DNA from: Rebecca billardiae RCC1528
Lineage: Eukaryota > Protista > Haptophyta
DNA: 64,000 bases
NCBI GenBank assembly: GCA_965240325.2
Contig: OZ251248.1
Location: 868,001-932,000 of the forward strand
Reading direction: 5' to 3'
The notes beneath the pieces are model-generated. The model was given only the letters and a program-made list of their open reading frames with translations, had not been told where the DNA came from and searched no databases. A program made the position numbers and the translations under genes. Below are positions 62,361 through 64,000 of this stretch, one piece after another. How positions within the stretch are numbered: position 1 is the stretch's first letter; the number at the start of each line of letters is the position of its first letter.

Positions 62361-62921
62361 TCTGCCCGAGCCGGAATTCCCTGCATTGTGCAGGATGTGC
62401 TCCTACCACCTCTGCTGTACAAGGTGGCCGGCTGGGGCTCTGCGCAGGGCCCTGCGTAGTTGCAGCTCCGGTCCGGCGCATGCGCTTCGGCTGGCGGTCC
62501 GAGACGGCGGGCCCCTGGCTCGCGGGCGGCACTGTGGGCAGTGCGTCCGCGCCCGGGTGGGCGGTTACTGTGTGCGGGGAACGTCAGCGCGGCAAACACG
62601 TCGCAGCCGCAAGTACCCTGGTGGCACAGTGGGCTGCAACCACTCGGGCCTCCACTTGGAGGTATCCCAACTGTCGACGACGTCGCCGATCTGGTGACTG
62701 CGTAGCAGTGGGCATAACATACTACAATCATGCGGCGAACAAGGAACAAGGACCGCTCGGGCATCACTATCAGAGAGTTGGTTGCATCAAAGGAGGCACG
62801 GCAGGTTGCATGCTCAGGAAGCGACGCGACGAAACGAAAAAGCAGAAATCAGGGTGGTCCGGAACACGGTGAGTAGGCGCCCGCGCACCCGGTCGGAGGA
62901 CTGAGGAGTTCTTGAGGAGCC

Positions 62922-64000
62922 ATGCCGACCGAGGATCGATGGCGCTCATCGACCTCAGCCTCGTCGTCGCTCGTGTACCTCGTCGCGAGCCTGACCTCGT
63001 CGCCAACGCGCGTCGGCATGATCGGCCCGACGCTGGCCACGCTCGGCGCCGCGCACCAGCGGCGCCCATTCGACGAGGTCCTCCTCGTCCTGCCGCGCAC
63101 GTTTGCGCGCACAGGCGAGCCGTACCCGGAGCCGTTGCCGTTGGACACTGCGGGCGTGACCGTGCTGCGGTGCGAGCATGACTGGGGCCCGGCGACGAAG
63201 CTCGTCCCGACGGTCCGCTACCTCGCCACCGAGCGCGCCGCCGCCATCGCCGCCAGGCTCGGCCTCCCTCCGGGCGCGAGTCCGCGCTCGGCGCTCGAGC
63301 GCGTCCACATTGTCGTCGTCGACGACGACAGCCTGTATCCTCCGCAGATGGCGCGCTCGCTGGCGTCGACGGCCACGCCGACGCGCTCGGAGTGCGCGGG
63401 CGGGTGGAACGTCGTCGCGCGCACCGCGCTCGAGCACGAGGGCGCGCAGCGCCCCGTGCTACTCATGCCGCACCTCGCGCCCGTCCACGTGTGCGAGGGG
63501 TTCAGCGGCTGGCGTCTGCCGCTCGGACCGCTCGCGCACGACGTCGAGGGGTTCGAGGCGCGGATGCGGGCGCTCACGTCGGACGCGGACCTGCGTCTGT
63601 CGGACGACCTGGTGATCAGCGACCAGCTCGCGCGCGCCGGCGTGCGCCTCGCGCACCACCGCACCGCAGGCTTCAACATCCTCCTGGTACGGCAGCGCGC
63701 GCTCGGCTTTGGCGCGGACGCGCTCCATCGCACCGACACGGCGGGCAGCTCGCACTCGGCGCGGTACGCGCGGATCATCCGCAGCGGGAGGCTCGACGCG
63801 CTGCCCTCGCCCGAGCGCTGGGCCACGATGTGCGCGCCGCAGCCGTCGCCGCCCCTGTGCGCACCGCGGCTCGCCACCCCTGCCGCTGCCGCCGACAGCA
63901 ACAGCAGCAGCAGCAGGGGCGCGTGCGCCGGCGCGGGCGGCGCGGAGCGCGCGGCGGTCGCCGTGCTGGGCGCAGAGCACACGGGCGCGCGCACGTGCGG
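62922..64000 (+). CDS. Putative GT-A fold glycosyltransferase, 3' end beyond the window (absent from the ORF track because no stop is reached)
   Basis: Manual translation from ATG 62922: MPTEDRW...LVASLTSSPTRVGMIGPTL...FDEVLLVLP...VTVLRCEHDWGPATKLVP...IVVVDDDSLYPP...VHVCEGFSG...LSDDLVISDQL...GFGADALH. SLT..P.R, D.GPATK, hhhhDDD..YP, EG..G and SDD..IS are typical of a GT2-like nucleotide-sugar transferase family. The frame is open to 64000. Confidence 0.75.
   Translation, partial: MPTEDRWRSSTSASSSLVYLVASLTSSPTRVGMIGPTLATLGAAHQRRPFDEVLLVLPRTFARTGEPYPEPLPLDTAGVTVLRCEHDWGPATKLVPTVRYLATERAAAIAARLGLPPGASPRSALERVHIVVVDDDSLYPPQMARSLASTATPTRSECAGGWNVVARTALEHEGAQRPVLLMPHLAPVHVCEGFSGWRLPLGPLAHDVEGFEARMRALTSDADLRLSDDLVISDQLARAGVRLAHHRTAGFNILLVRQRALGFGADALHRTDTAGSSHSARYARIIRSGRLDALPSPERWATMCAPQPSPPLCAPRLATPAAAADSNSSSSRGACAGAGGAERAAVAVLGAEHTGARTC

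Larger units (their letters stand above)
55647..62757. mobile_element. 7.1-kb non-coding, satellite-filled element with split direct repeats (X..YX..Y)
   Basis: X (217 bp) at 55647-55863 and 57674-57890; Y (181 bp) at 57491-57671 and 62577-62757. Internal junction Y-tg-X. No TSD and no credible ORF. Confidence 0.75.

Noticed and set aside
58309-62872. ORFs such as 61028-62872 (614 aa) as transposase, RT or recombinase
   Set aside because: They are translations of the modular satellite; no RT (YxDD), DDE or tyrosine-recombinase (R-H-R-Y) motif context is visible.

Overview
Very GC-rich eukaryotic DNA (roughly 75% by eye). It has spliceosomal GT-AG introns whose donors are almost always GTGCGC, and interstitial TTAGGG. 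An algal genome, plausibly a haptophyte, is my inference and is not proven. Six protein genes are supportable. (1) A giant BEACH-domain trafficking protein (minus strand, runs off the left edge). (2) An intronless AP-4 mu adaptin, head-to-head with it. (3-4) Two nearly identical calmodulin genes arranged tail-to-tail. (5) A ~6,550-aa polycystin-1-like receptor: 7-blade RCC1 propeller head, ~3,400-aa Ser-Pro3 extensin-like stalk, IPT, PKD/REJ, GPS autoproteolysis site, and 5 TM helices with a cytoplasmic EF-hand pair but no TRPP channel half. (6) A GT-A-type glycosyltransferase running off the right edge. About 20 kb is non-coding mobile DNA. This includes a 12.2-kb foldback element with 38-bp CA..TG termini and a 7-bp target-site duplication, confirmed by an empty paralogous site in the window. 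It also includes two unrelated satellite-filled elements with X..YX..Y split direct repeats and no TSD (resembling non-autonomous tyrosine-recombinase retroelements); one is nested inside the foldback arm. Most ORFs in the supplied track are GC or repeat artefacts.
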